A DNA stretch of 64,000 nt. It comes from Antechinus flavipes (Eukaryota). Shown here piece by piece: positions 1 to 12,200 of the stretch; position 1 is the first letter of the stretch; every line of letters starts with the position of its first letter. The notes beneath the pieces were generated by a model. That model was not told where the DNA came from, did not search any database, and saw only the letters and a list, made by a program, of their open reading frames with translations. Made by a program: the position numbers and the translations under genes. The stretch lies in contig NC_067404.1 of the NCBI RefSeq assembly GCF_016432865.1, positions 84,878,001 to 84,942,000 of the forward strand. Direction: 5' to 3'.

Positions 1-1104
1 CCTCCCATGCTGTCCATGGTTTCTCCATTTATGATCTTTGGAGTTCTGGCAGTGTACCCAATGGATACCATGAGCATGTTTACCTCCTGGGCTGAACTGG
101 AATGGAGATAGGGAGCTTACCATGAGAGATGAGTTCCAGTTGGAAATTTCTTCAGGGAGAGAACCAAATATGAGCTGAATATGGGGTGAATTTATGACAT
201 CAATGGTCCATTCACTTGTGCAAATTCTAGTCAGAGCCTAGAGAAGCCTGGACCCAGGGCAGAATGGCAGGAACTTGCCACCTTCCTATTTCACTTCCTT
301 CTTGAGCACTGATATTATGGGGACCATCCCTGGGCTCCCTTCAAGGCTCTGGTCCTAGGAAACTTACCCTTCACAGGTTGTCCCTTTATACCTCAAGGTC
401 CCCCAGAACTCTGGTCCCTCCAGGGTCTCCTTCAGATCTTCCTTTTCCCTCTGGCCATATTTGTTCCCTTTGACCATTAGAGCTATACCTCGAGAGCACC
501 CCACGCATTGCACACACTTTGAAATTCAGACTGAACAAACCACCCAAGGCTGAGAAGGGCATGTTCCAACTTTATGGCAGGATCCGATTCACTGACTTCA
601 CTCCCTAATTCTTCCTCCTTCTTCGTCCCCTCAACCAGTGACAATGCTGGTTGTCCAGTGCAGATAGATGTGGAAGCAAAGGGGAAAAGAGAGAAAACCT
701 CCCTTCATCCTCAGTCACCACCATGGAAGCCCTGAAGATGTCAACCAGGACTCATCCTATACAAAAAGGGAAATCTGAGCCGCCAACTTTGTTGCTGCCC
801 CCTGAGGCAAACTGGAAGACTTCCCAGTCGCTGAACCTTCTTCCACTCTTCTAGACCTCCAATAGGCTGCTCCCATCCAGCCGTTCTTTCCCAGAAACCC
901 ACAACACATCAACCATCTGCCATTAGCTTTCCTGCCTATTCCCATTGAGTTTGCAGTTTAATAGCCACCCTCAACTGCCCAAGATCTTTGTCAGTCAAAC
1001 AAATTGCTGTCCAGCTACACCTTTTCCATCTTGGATGAGTGGGCAAAATCCATTTTTTTCTTAATCCAGACCTAACATTTTACTCTGATTTCCTCTCTAG
1101 GGCA

Positions 1105-1330
1105 GATAAATGGCATAATAGTACACAGAGGGCTGAGCCCAAAGTCAGGAAGATCCGAGTTCAAATTTGGCCTCAAGCGGGACAAGTCTTGTAACCTCAG
1201 TCTTCCTGTTTCCTTGATGGTAAAATGGGAATGAGAACATTATCAGCTGGCTCCTGTGATTATGAGGATCAAATGAGATCCTATTTGTAAAAAGTGCTTA
1301 GCACAGTCCCTGGCACACAGTAGGGCCTCT
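1105..1330 (+). mobile_element. MIR-family SINE remnant
   Basis: Typical MIR core: agtcaggaagatccgagttcaaat...gtaaaatggga...aagtgcttagcacagt. Confidence 0.6.
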
Positions 1331-1351
1331 AGAAAGGCTTCCTCCTTTTCC

Positions 1352-3220
1352 TTCTCAATTTCATATTAGATTCAGCTCATTGCCAAAATCTTTGGGGATC
1401 CTGACTTTGTCACCCAATCTGCATGCTTTCCTGGCCAGTTTCCTATGATTGGCAAATTTAACAAACTTGCTATCTGTGCTTATATACGATCTGCTGTTAG
1501 CAACGATCAAGTTGATGATCCAGAACCGAGGGGATTTCCACTCTGATGACCCCCATTTTGGTATAAAGCTCGTAGCCCTTAGAATTCTGTTGCAAAGCCG
1601 TCAAGTTGCCCAGATCTCTTTCGCAAGGAAAGCACAAAAGTCTAGCTGAGGCTCTCCAGAAATCTAGGAAGATCCTGTTGATGCCTTCTCTGAGCTCTAC
1701 CAGGACAGTTGCTTTGAGAAGGAAAATAACAACAGCAACATTGACAACCACTGGGACTGCTAGAGCTTTACTTAAGTTAACTCGGTCACATTTTCACATG
1801 TTACGTGCTTTACGTGCTTGAGTTAAGCATGTACTCCATTGTATCCATCCACATGTCCTGCAGTCATCATTGTACTCCATCCAAAGCCCAGATGGAAAAT
1901 TAACTTCTTTAATTGGGCGAATCTAAGATACCAGAAGAGAAAAAAGCAAAATATGGAGCCCTCAAAAAGGCTGCAATGGAGGTGGAAGGAGAGCGGCAAG
2001 GGCCCGGAGAGGGGGAGCTGCACCTCGTTCCGCCTGGGGACACTTAGAGCAAAGAGGGACGGTAAGAAGCCAGTGGGATCACGGCACAAGAGGGAACACC
2101 TGAGTCTCCAGCCTCTCTCAAGACACAGCAAAGTAAGTCTGTGAGAGGTCAGGTTTGCTGAGGGACAGAAAAGCGTCACTCCAATCAGGAGGCAGAGAGA
2201 GACTGAGGGGTTAAAGAGCAAGTAGAACAGACAGACAGCTGAGGAAGACAGCACTCAAGTGCTTGGGGCAAAAAGGCCAAGACAAAAATGGACAAGAGCA
2301 AGACTGAAGAGCCCAGGCCAAGTAGGCAGGGGTTTGGGGAGAATGCAGGGCCTTGTGACTCTTGAGTAGGTGTAAAGCACAGGATCACCAACCAGGGAAG
2401 ACCAGAAAGTACAGAGCTGTACCTTCCATGTTCATGTCCATGTCCATGTCCGTGACCATGCATACACTGGCTGTGCCAATCGCCAGCATGTGGAAGATCT
2501 AGTACAAATGAAACTGGGGGTGAAGGAGGAGAGAATCAGGCTCCCTAGCCCACCCTCGCCCCCCAAGACCCCAGGTCATGGAGAAGAGAACTGACTCTTC
2601 TACACCTGACCCAGCTCTAACCACAGGCCTTCTCTCCTTCTTTCTCTCCTGCCTAATGCCTCCTTTTCCCTAGGGCTTGGCTAGCTCCAACATTTCCTTT
2701 TCCATCACTTCTGTCTACCCTCCTTAGCCCCCAGCCTCCTGCACCCTTATCCTTTCTCTTCATCCTTCTCCAACCTCCCTGGCTCCTTCTCCTCCCTTGT
2801 AGATAGCAAACTCTCAGAGAAGAATCTCTTGGGGATGCTGGCAATATAAATGGCAACACCAGAGATGTAGAGGGAGGCCATGGGAAAGCCAATCTAGCCA
2901 ACAGCTACAGCCTGGCCTGAACATGCGGCCACTCGGACCCAGGCCCAGAGCTGCAAGGGAAGAAGGGCATGGAGCCTCCCCTCTCTGGCTTTCAGAATCA
3001 ACACTCTTGAAGGTCCCTTCCAACTTTGACAATCAGGGAAGGAATCTGGAGTATAGGGAAGACAAAGGGTGGGAGACTCCTCACCAGCCAGATCCTTATG
3101 GTACAGAAGTATGAAAAGATAGCCCCCCCCCCCCGCCCCTTGAGCCCATGATGTGTTCAATCTCAGGGTAGAAAGCCTGGAGCTGGGTGGAAGGATTAAT
3201 AAAGCCAGGGCACAAAACTT
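1352..3220 (+). other. Possible 3' end of an unidentified, probably decayed gene
   Basis: Polypyrimidine/AG acceptors at ~1351 and ~2802. Protein-like frames are interrupted by stops (FSSLPKSFGDPDFVTQSACFPGQFP..., IPEEKKAKYGALKKAAMEVEGE...). One frame is open from 2803 to 3114, followed by AATAAA at 3198-3203. No homologue recognised. Confidence 0.25.
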
Positions 3221-3339
3221 CCATCAACCAGAGAAGTCTAGTCTGGAGGGAGTGAATTGCCCCCAGATCATTTTCTTTTTGATTCGATTTGCAGTTAATT
3301 GCTTCCATCTCAGAACCGCTTAAGCCATGCTTTTCTGCC

Positions 3340-3730
3340 TCAGCATTTGGTTCAGAATTCAACGGATATGTAATAGGTTAAAATCCAGCTCTCCTGAACC
3401 ATCTGCACCCAGAAAGCTGACTATGAGGACTGAATATGGATCACAACAGAGTATTTTCACTTTTTGTGTTATTGTCTCCTTGCTTTTTTGTTTTGTTTTG
3501 TTTCTTTTTTTTTTCCTTTTTGATATGATTTTTCTTGTGCAGCATGATAAATGTGGAAATCTGTATAGAAGAACTGCACATGTGGAACCTATATTGGATT
3601 ACTTGCTGTCTAGGGAAGGGGGAAAGTGGAAAGAGAAGGAGAAAAACTTGGAACACAGGGTTTTGCCAGGGTGAACGTTGACAACTATCTCTGCACGTAT
3701 TTCGAAAATAAAAAGCTATTGTTAAAGAAA
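3340..3730 (+). mobile_element. L1 3'-UTR fragment (marsupial L1)
   Basis: Recurrent L1 3' end motif (gatttttcttgtgcagca...ctagggaaggggg...ttggaacacagggttttg...aataaaaagc) shared with more than 10 other copies in the window. Confidence 0.75.
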
Positions 3731-4099
3731 AAAAATCCAGTTCTGCTAATCATTGACCTATTCTTGCCTCAAAGAAGTGAATTGAGCTTGGGGGAGACCT
3801 GTGAACATAAGGGAGGCTGGCCTAGTATCTTAATACTACCAAACTATCCTTCAAGGCTATCTGATTTGCTGTCTGGAAAGGTCCGGTCCATTATCTCTAA
3901 ACTTGGAAGCTGTACTTGAATAATGAGCCATTGGTAGTCTTATGAAAAAAAGAGAGGGATTTGTTGCTGGCCCATTTTACTGAACTTCTAACCAATCTCG
4001 TGCTCTGTAACCAGTCATGTTGCCCTCAATCCCATGGCGTCCCTGTTTTGTTCTTTGTTCTGAACCTATATAAGGGGAACTGTCCCTTCTGCTTGAGTT

Positions 4100-4490
4100 C
4101 TTTCACAGAAATGGAAGTAAAGTCCCACTTGTTCAGTGATGGAGAGCCATCTACACCCAGAGAGAGGATTGTGGGAACTGAGTGGGGAACACAATATAGC
4201 ATTCTCATTCTCTCCGTTGTTGTTTGCTTGGATTTTATTTTCTTTCTCAGGTTTTTTTTTTCCTTCTTTCTTGATCTGATTTTTCTTGTACAGCAAGAGA
4301 ACTGTATAAATATGTATACATATATTGGATCTAACATGTATTTCAACATATTTAACATGTATGGGACTACCTGCCATCTAGGGGAGGGGGTGGGGGGAAG
4401 GAGGCAAAAATTTGGAACAAAAGGTTTTGCAAGGATCAATGTTGGAAAAATTACCCATGCATATGTTTTGTCAATAAAAAAAAATTTTTT
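4100..4490 (+). mobile_element. L1 3'-UTR fragment
   Basis: Same L1 3' end motif, ending in aataaaaaaaaa. Confidence 0.8.
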
Positions 4491-4650
4491 TAAGTGGAGG
4501 TAAACCGTTGACCCTTTACTGACAGGCAGCATGTACCTGTTAATGGTCTCTTGCTTGGATAATTGCTTCAATTTATCCTTTTGTAAAATTTCCGTTGTCA
4601 TAGAAGGAGGACTGAGGAAGGTGGGGGATTGAGAGCCTGCCCTCACCTCA

Positions 4651-5033
4651 TGATAGCTTTCTGAGAATAGTTCCAAATCATTCTCCAGAATGGCTACCCG
4701 TATGGTAGGCAAGCCATTGGGCTTATTGTCTTGGACTGAGTTTCCCACTTCCCCCACAGAGTTCTCCCTAAGCCTTTTACCTTCCCTTTACCACCTGATC
4801 TTGCATTGGAGAGCCCATTGAGAGCATCGTGAGCTCTTCTCCACTTCTGAGTCTCTCCATCTCCGTCAGACTTCTCATTCCCGTCAGCCTCAGAGGATAA
4901 AATGACTCTCCGATCTGATGTTTCCCTCGTCCCGCCTCTGCCCCATCCTCTGATTTGCAGCGGTTCTTGCCCCGCTGCCAACAAACCCGGCCAGGTGGCC
5001 CCGAGTCAGAAAACCCTAATCCTTTGACTTTGA
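4651..5033 (-). repeat. Left arm of 383-bp perfect inverted duplication
   Basis: Reverse complement of 5724-6106. ORFs 4694..4984(-) and 5773..6063(+) are identical, and all paired coordinates sum to 10757. Confidence 0.95.
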
Positions 5034-5723
5034 ACACATGACTCATGAACACAAACACTGTCCCCTCACTAGTGTTCAAGGACCCCTTCAGGGCCCTCTT
5101 CTCTAAGAGTTAAAAGGGTATAAAGGGCAGGCTCCATCCTCAAAGAGCTTACAGTCTACTGAATGGATACAGAACAGAAAACAAGCCGAATACAGGGTCG
5201 CATGGGAAAAGTGGAGGCCGGGGAGCTCATTCTCTTCTCAGAGAGGTGAGCTAGACAGGAAGCTGTTTCTAGGCACATGGAGAGAAATTTGAGAAGGCAG
5301 AGGGTATGCTGAGGTCATGCTCCTATGTGGCAGGCTAGCTTTCTGAGCCAAGCCAGCGGTCCGGTTGGATTCCAGTTCTGAGGGATCTTGACTACAGAGA
5401 TCAGAACCAGACTGCAGTGGCCCCACTGAGCTCATCAAAGGCTCTCAGGGAAACTCGCCAGGTAGTAAAAGGCACAGTGGGATCCTAGCTCCTCTGATTC
5501 CAGAACGTGTCCAGCGGGCAGGTAGAACAGGGCCAGGGAGTGGAGCAACCCAGAAAGACACGGTGCTCTAGTCCAGGGATTTCCTCAGCCATCAGCTGAA
5601 TTTTTGTACAGGCTTGAGGTCCAAAGCAAAATCAAAGGAGAGTGAGAAATGCGTTAGAGGCAGAAGGATCGAGGACAGTCTATTCTTTCTGCTAGTTTGG
5701 CCATGAGGAGGTCTGAAAGGGGC

Positions 5724-6106
5724 TCAAAGTCAAAGGATTAGGGTTTTCTGACTCGGGGCCACCTGGCCGGGTTTGTTGGCAGCGGGGCAAGAACCGCTGC
5801 AAATCAGAGGATGGGGCAGAGGCGGGACGAGGGAAACATCAGATCGGAGAGTCATTTTATCCTCTGAGGCTGACGGGAATGAGAAGTCTGACGGAGATGG
5901 AGAGACTCAGAAGTGGAGAAGAGCTCACGATGCTCTCAATGGGCTCTCCAATGCAAGATCAGGTGGTAAAGGGAAGGTAAAAGGCTTAGGGAGAACTCTG
6001 TGGGGGAAGTGGGAAACTCAGTCCAAGACAATAAGCCCAATGGCTTGCCTACCATACGGGTAGCCATTCTGGAGAATGATTTGGAACTATTCTCAGAAAG
6101 CTATCA
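5724..6106 (+). repeat. Right arm of 383-bp perfect inverted duplication
   Basis: Matches the reverse complement of 4651-5033 in every segment checked; the last ~45 bp are the start of the adjacent L1 fragment. Confidence 0.95.
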
Positions 6107-6880
6107 AAATGTGCATCCCCTTTGATCCAGCAGTGCTACTACTGGGCTTCTAACCCAAAGAGATCTTAAAGAAGGGGAAGGGACCTGTATGTGCACAAAT
6201 GTTTGTGGCAGCCCTTCTTGTAGTGGCCAGAAACTGGAAATTGAATGGATGCCCATCCATTGGAGAATGGCTGGGTAAATTGTGGTATATAAATGTGATG
6301 GACTATTATTGTTGTGTAAGAAATGACCAGCAGGATGATTTCAGAGAGGCTTGGAGAGACTTACACGAACTGATGCCGTGTGAAACGAGCAGGACCAGGA
6401 GATCATTCTATACTTTAACAACAATACTAGATGATGATCAATTCTGATGGACGTGGCCCTCTTCAACAATGAGATGACCCAAATCAGTTCCAATAGAGCA
6501 GTAATGAGCTAAACCAACTCCACCCAGCGAAAGAACTCTGGGAGATGACTACGAACCATTCTGTAGATTCCCAATCCCTCTATTTTTGTCCGCCTGCATT
6601 TTTGATTTCCTTCACGGGCTAATTGTACACTATTTCAAAGTCCGATTTTTTTTTGTCCAGCAAAATAACTGTTTGGACATGTATACTTCTATTGTATTTA
6701 ATTTATACTGTAACCTATTTAATATGTATCGGTCTACCTGCCATGTGGAGGAGAGGATAGATGGGAGGAAGGAGGGGAAAAATTGGAACAAAAGGTTTGG
6801 CAATTGTCAATGCTGAAAAATGACCCATGCATATAACTTGTAAATAAAAAGGTATAAAAAAGAAAGAAAGAAAGAAAAGC
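6062..6880 (+). mobile_element. 5'-truncated L1 (ORF2 C-terminus plus 3' UTR)
   Basis: ORF 6199..6447 (MFVAALLVVARNWKLNGCPSIGEWLGKLWY...) is L1 ORF2 C-terminal sequence; 3' UTR and A-rich tail follow. Confidence 0.9.
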
Positions 6881-6884
6881 CTTC

Positions 6885-7500
6885 TTTCAACTGAGAAATG
6901 GTCAAAAGTAATTAAAAGTTATCTATAGTCACACACAAAAAAAATGTTCTAAATCACCATTGATGACAAATGCAGTTTAAACTGAACTGCTATCTTACAC
7001 CTGTCAAACTAGCTAATGTGACAGAAAAGGAAAATGACAAATGTCGAAGAGGATGTGGGAAAATTAAAACACTGATACACTGTTGGTGGAGTTGTATACC
7101 GATCCAACCATTCTGGGGAGCAATTTGGAACTCTGGCCAAAAAGACAGCCCATTTTGTGATGATCTGCTCTGAATACCTTAGCTATTCTCAGCAGTACAA
7201 TTTTCTAGGACTTCTGATGAAAAACGTTGGCCATCTCCAGAGCAAGAACTGATAGAGCCTGAATACAGATGAAGGATGGGTTGTTGTGTTTTTTTGGTTT
7301 GGTTTGGTTATTTTCTAGGGGTTTTTTGGTCTGTTTTCTTTTGCAGAGTGATTTACATGACCACACGTGTATAACCTATGTCAAATTGCTTGTGTTCTCA
7401 ATGGAGTAGAGAGAAGATGGGAGGAGAGAATTTTGAACTCAAAATTTGAAAACAAAATAGTTAAAATTGTTTTTCCATGTAATTAGGAAAAAATAAAATA
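6885..7500 (+). mobile_element. Older L1 fragments
   Basis: ORF 6970..7173 (YLTPVKLA...CRRGCGK..TLIHCWW) resembles the L1 ORF2 cysteine-rich region. Confidence 0.7.
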
Positions 7501-7514
7501 TTAAATAACAAATC

Positions 7515-8150
7515 GTCTTGGATTGCCACATTGCTGAGAAGAGCCAGCACAGCCGATCAGCACAGAATCTTGCTGTCATTGTGAACGATGTTCTTCTGGT
7601 CCTGCTCACTTCCCTCGGCATCAGTTCATGGCCTCCGGGTCTTTCCAAAATCCTCCTGCTGATTGTTTCTTACAGAACAATAATATTCCATAATATTCCA
7701 TAACATTCATATACCATAATTTATTCAATCATTCTCCAACTGATGGGCAACCCCTTAGTTTCCAGTTCCTCGCCACTACAAAAAGGGCTGCCACAAACAT
7801 TTCAGCATGTGTGGGTCCCTTTCCCTCCTTTATGATCTCTTTGGGATACGGACCCAATAGTGAGACTGCCGGATGAAAGGGTATGCACCGTTGGAGAGCT
7901 CTTTGGACACAGTTCCAAAATGCTCTCCTTGGGGCAGCTAGGTGGTGCAGGGGGTAGAGCAGCAGCCCTGAAGTCAGGAGGACCTGAGTTCAAATCAGAT
8001 CTAAGACACGAATCACCTAACCCCAATGGCCTCAGCACACACACACACAAAAACCAAAAACCAAATTGCTCTCCAGAATGATTGGATCAATATACAACTT
8101 CACCAGTAGTATATCAGTGTTTTAATTTCCCCACATCCCCTCCAACATTT
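7515..8150 (-). mobile_element. L1 ORF2 3' fragment interrupted by a SINE
   Basis: Antisense L1 sequence (ggtctttccaaaatcctcctgctg...gccactacaaaaagggctgcc) resumes after 8060. Confidence 0.8.
7929..8060 (+). mobile_element. WSINE1-type SINE with target-site duplication
   Basis: Head ggggcagctaggtggtgcag...gagttcaaat; CA/A-rich tail; flanked by ccaaaatgctctcc (7915-7928) and ccaaattgctctcc (8061-8074). Confidence 0.8.
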
Positions 8151-9849
8151 GTATGATCATATGAACTCAGATCTTAACTCTAGGCCAAGGGCTCTGTGCA
8201 CTGGGGTGCTCCCTAGCTGCCTCAGGGATTATCTGGGATTACTGAAAACTCTTTGGGTGCGAAATGTTAGTGTTCTAAAGTGTAGGCATGGAAGGCTGGA
8301 GGGCAGTTTATATGAAAAAGTTCTTTTGGTGGGCTCCAAGCTCAAGATGCTTCAGATGTGTGACTGGTGGCCAAAGTCATTTGATTCAGGGCTGCGCTAA
8401 GTGAAGCTTCGGACAGGCTGAGGCAGGTAAATACCCACCCTCTGCTTTCATCCCTCGTTCTCCATCTGGGCAGGTGTTCAGTTCTGGGTCTCAGAGTTTC
8501 AGAAAGAAATTGAGAAGCTGTTAAGCTCTAAAGAACAGCCACACAGTAAAGGGCCACAGGAGACCCTGCTAGTCCAGAAAAGAAAAACTGAGAGAACGCC
8601 TTCAAGTGTTTGAAGATCTGTCACATGGAACATGGATGATGTTATTCTGCTTAGATTCAGAGAGAGAAAAGCTACCTAAAAGTCAAGCTTGTCTTGAAGA
8701 ACGTGCACCCCCACGGCCCAGGAGCTCTTGCAGACGGTATCTTCCTCTAGGTGAGAGTCGGGCCGAAAACCTCCAAGAGGATGGTCATTTATCTTGTCTC
8801 CTTTCGAAGATTGGGGATTGATTGATACACGATTTGAATTTCATTTTTCCCAAGGCCCTGTCTGTCATACAATAGTAGCTCTTTAGAGAATAAAAGAGAA
8901 AAAGAAGCTGGGGGAGACTGCCATACAGTGGATGCTGTGGCCTTACATGATTCCCATCTTGTTCAGGGGGAACCGACCAAGGAGACGGATGTTGCCAGGG
9001 GGCGGGAATCTGCTCCTGAAAGTAGGCCCAGAATGGGGCGTGGGCAGCTGATGCCCCCAATCAAGAAATCACTGCTCTTTAGCTGGGGTGGAAGGATATT
9101 GTGGACCATTCCCCACCCTGGAGGCCCAGAGAGAAGGAGGCTTCCAGGACTCATCCTAAACCTTAGGGTGTAAGCCCAAGCTTTCAACATGCTCTTCTCC
9201 CCAGCTGCTCAAAAGATTCCAGGCTTGAGGCCTCCTGGGTCCTTTCGATCACAGGAACAGAAAAGGTCCCAGCCCCAAGGACACGGATAGACAAGCTCTT
9301 CCCATCTGTTAGTCGGGGACTTGGGACGTAAAACTTTAGCATGTGATGGGGCCTTGGCCAGGAAGCAAATCGAGCCTCAGAGGGGAAGCCTAGAACCCTC
9401 TGGGACAGGAGATGGCCTCAGGGAACTTGGGAGCAAGGCCCCGTTGTATCACTGGCTCACTGTTTGGCTGCAGGGAAGCCTTTGCTCCTGGATCCACCTT
9501 TCTGGAAAGGGTTGGTCTAAACTCCGAAGCTCCCTTGGAGTTCTAAAACAATGCCCAAAGGGGCCTGAGCACCCGCTTTCCACTCTAAGGACCATGGAGG
9601 CTTTACTTCCAAGGAACTTGAGGCTGTCCTCGGCTTGGCCCTTACTACGGGAGCTCCCGGAGGCAGGGACCGTCTGACTCTTGTTGGCCTCCCAAGGCTT
9701 AGCACAGTGCTTGGCACACTGGCGGTGCTTAATAAATGCTTCGTTCATTCAAAATTATATACTCGGCTACCAGCTGGGGTGAGATATTCCTCCCCTCCCC
9801 CTCCTCTTCTTTTCTCCCTTGTCCTTCCTCCCCCCACACTCCCCGTCCC

Positions 9850-12200
9850 CCAGCAGGGCAGAGATGGAGCTCAGCCCAGACTGTGGGGGAGCACGAAGGG
9901 GGGACCCGGCTCCCGGATGCCGGGGCCGCTGCCTAGGCAACAGGCCAGTCCCCTGGAGTCTCCCCCCTCCCCCCCCCCCCCCCCCGCCTTTCCTGCGACA
10001 ACCTCCATTGGCAGGAGGGTGTGTCCGTCAAGGCGCAGAGGCTCCCTCCAGAAATGTCCCCTCGCTCCCTAAGGCCTCTAGGCGAGACCTCCCGCAGTGT
10101 TTGATCCCCCCCTCTCTCTCTCTTCCCCCCACCCCCAGCCGACTCCCCAGAGCTATCGCCAGGAAGAGGGGGAGGGGAGCTCCATTGTCTTTTGAAGGGT
10201 CCGAGCCAAGACAGCTCGGGGATGTGGAGGAAGAGGGAAAGGGGAGGAGGCGCTCTGCGGAAATGGCCGAATCGCTGGCCCCCAGTCTCGCGCCCCCCCC
10301 CCCCATCCTTTTCTCTCTCCCTCGGGGGAAGGTCGGATTTCTCGTTTCTGGGTCAGGGAAGAAAGCGATGGCGGCGCCCGGACAGACAGGGAACAGAGCC
10401 GGAGCCCCTTCCTCTGGGGAGGAAGGGGAGGAGGGGGGAGCAGAACTGGGGAAAGGAGGCTGGGGGCGGAGCGAGGCTCTCCTCTCCATCTTGTTTGAAC
10501 CGGGACGCAAAAGCTTTGAAAATAAGCAAAAACTCATTTTAAGGCCTCCGTGTTCTGGGAGGGATCGGTGGGATGTAATTGCGGAGGCGATCGGAAGCGG
10601 GCACCTCCAGGAAAACAGGAAAATGCGCCCGAAGCTCTGGGAAAAAACGAGCTGAAAAACGATTTCTGCAGACAATAGTAGCCATCCGGAAACCTCGAGG
10701 TGTCACTTTTGGCCAGGGGAAAGTCTAAGTTTTGCAGTGGATCGCAACTGTATCATGAATCTTGTGGGGGGGGTTTTAAGCTTTTTATTTACAAAACATA
10801 TGTACGGATACTTTTTCACCACTGACCCTTGCAAAACCCTGTGTTCCAAATTTTCCCCTCCTTCCCCTTGCCCTTCCCCTAGATGGCGAGCAATCCGACG
10901 TGTGTTAAACGCATTAAAATATACGTTACACGCAATCTGTGTAAACATATTTATACAATTCTCATGCTACACAAGAGAAATCAGATCAAAAAGAAAGAAA
11001 GAAAATGAGTAAGAAAATCAAACGCAGGCGAAGAACATCAAGAAGAGTGGGAATGTTAGGCTGGGATGTATGGTCAGTCTTTACCAGGAGAAAATGTCCG
11101 CATGGCGGAAAACTTTAAATGAAGTCACCTCTCTCCTTGAGAGAAGCGAATGGGAAGATGGCCATGCTCGAAGAAAAAAAAAAAATCCGGCGATTTGGAG
11201 AAGTGTTTCTTTCTGCCTCCGATAATTAAAATAAAATGAGAGATTTCTCTGGATCTGCCAGCTTTGGGGCATTTGGGGCTATTCTTGTCTGCGTACAAAA
11301 TGAACTGCAGTCCCGAAATAAAAGTGCAAATCGGGCGACTTAGCCTTTCGATTTTTCCTGGGCTTTGCTAAATTAAGGAGGAGAATTTCCCTTCCACAGC
11401 ACGATCGCTCTGTTTTGCTGAGGATCACTCGGTTGAATTTACCAAGTCCAGGATCTTAATTCCGCCGAATGCAGCCAGAGCGCAGCTTGAAAGATGAAAT
11501 GGCGGAGGACAAAGGTTCCGGGTGCCAAGCGCCGGTTTCTTAAACGAGGCGCGCCGATTGCCCAACAAAGCAGGACCAGAGCTCCTCCGCTCCGCCAGTG
11601 GACCCCAAGCACGGCGGGAGACCGACTTTTACGCATTAAAAGTGGTTACAAACCACAATAGGGCAGCCAGGTGGCCACACTGAGGGGAGTTTGAATTCAA
11701 ATCCAGTCTCAGACGTCTAAGGGAGGGAGGACTCTGAGCAAGTCCCATAACCCATATCGATTAACATCCACAGCAAACACTCCCGAATTTGGGCTAAGAA
11801 AACCAAACGGGGTGACAAAGAATCCGAACAGCAAAACCGTGATACAAGACGAAGATTTCTAACGGGAGGAAAGAGTAGAGGCTTTGTGATTTGGGAGGGG
11901 GAGAGCTAACCCGTGAGATGCCCTGACATCGGAAAGAGGGGCGTCCTACTCCGCCCAGGTGCCTGCAGTCGAGCAAAGGAACAAAGAAACAGATTGCTTG
12001 GCCACTTTGCAGCTAAGACACAGGGCTCGTTTGAGATGACAATTGTGAGGAAAGTCCTTGCGTCGCTCAGACCGGGTCTCTGGGCAGCACCAGGGGACCC
12101 CTCGGTTAAGGAGCAGCGCGGGGCGGGGTGGGGGTGGGGGAAGGGGGCGGCAGGTTCAAACCATGCAACAATAAGGTTTTCTCCCAGTCCCCACAACTGA
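9850..12200. promoter_or_regulatory. CpG-island-like region with no recognisable coding gene
   Basis: High CpG/GC content; YY1-like ATGGCGG motifs at ~10368 and ~11498; GC boxes. The ORFs here are low-complexity. Confidence 0.5.
10705..11055 (-). mobile_element. L1 3'-UTR fragment inside the CpG island
   Basis: Antisense L1 3' end motif (gctttttattt...cccttcccctagatggcgag...tcagatcaaaaag). Confidence 0.8.

Noticed and set aside
2430-2463. MHGHGHGHGHEH ORF start
   Set aside because: Short (CCATGT)n repeat read on the minus strand
4026-4757. 243-aa minus-strand ORF
   Set aside because: Spans the duplication arm and an antisense L1 3' UTR; chance ORF
9819-10675. 278-aa and 215-aa ORFs in the CpG island
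   Set aside because: Low-complexity, overlapping on both strands, TTG/GTG starts and no recognisable domain; expected in GC-rich DNA
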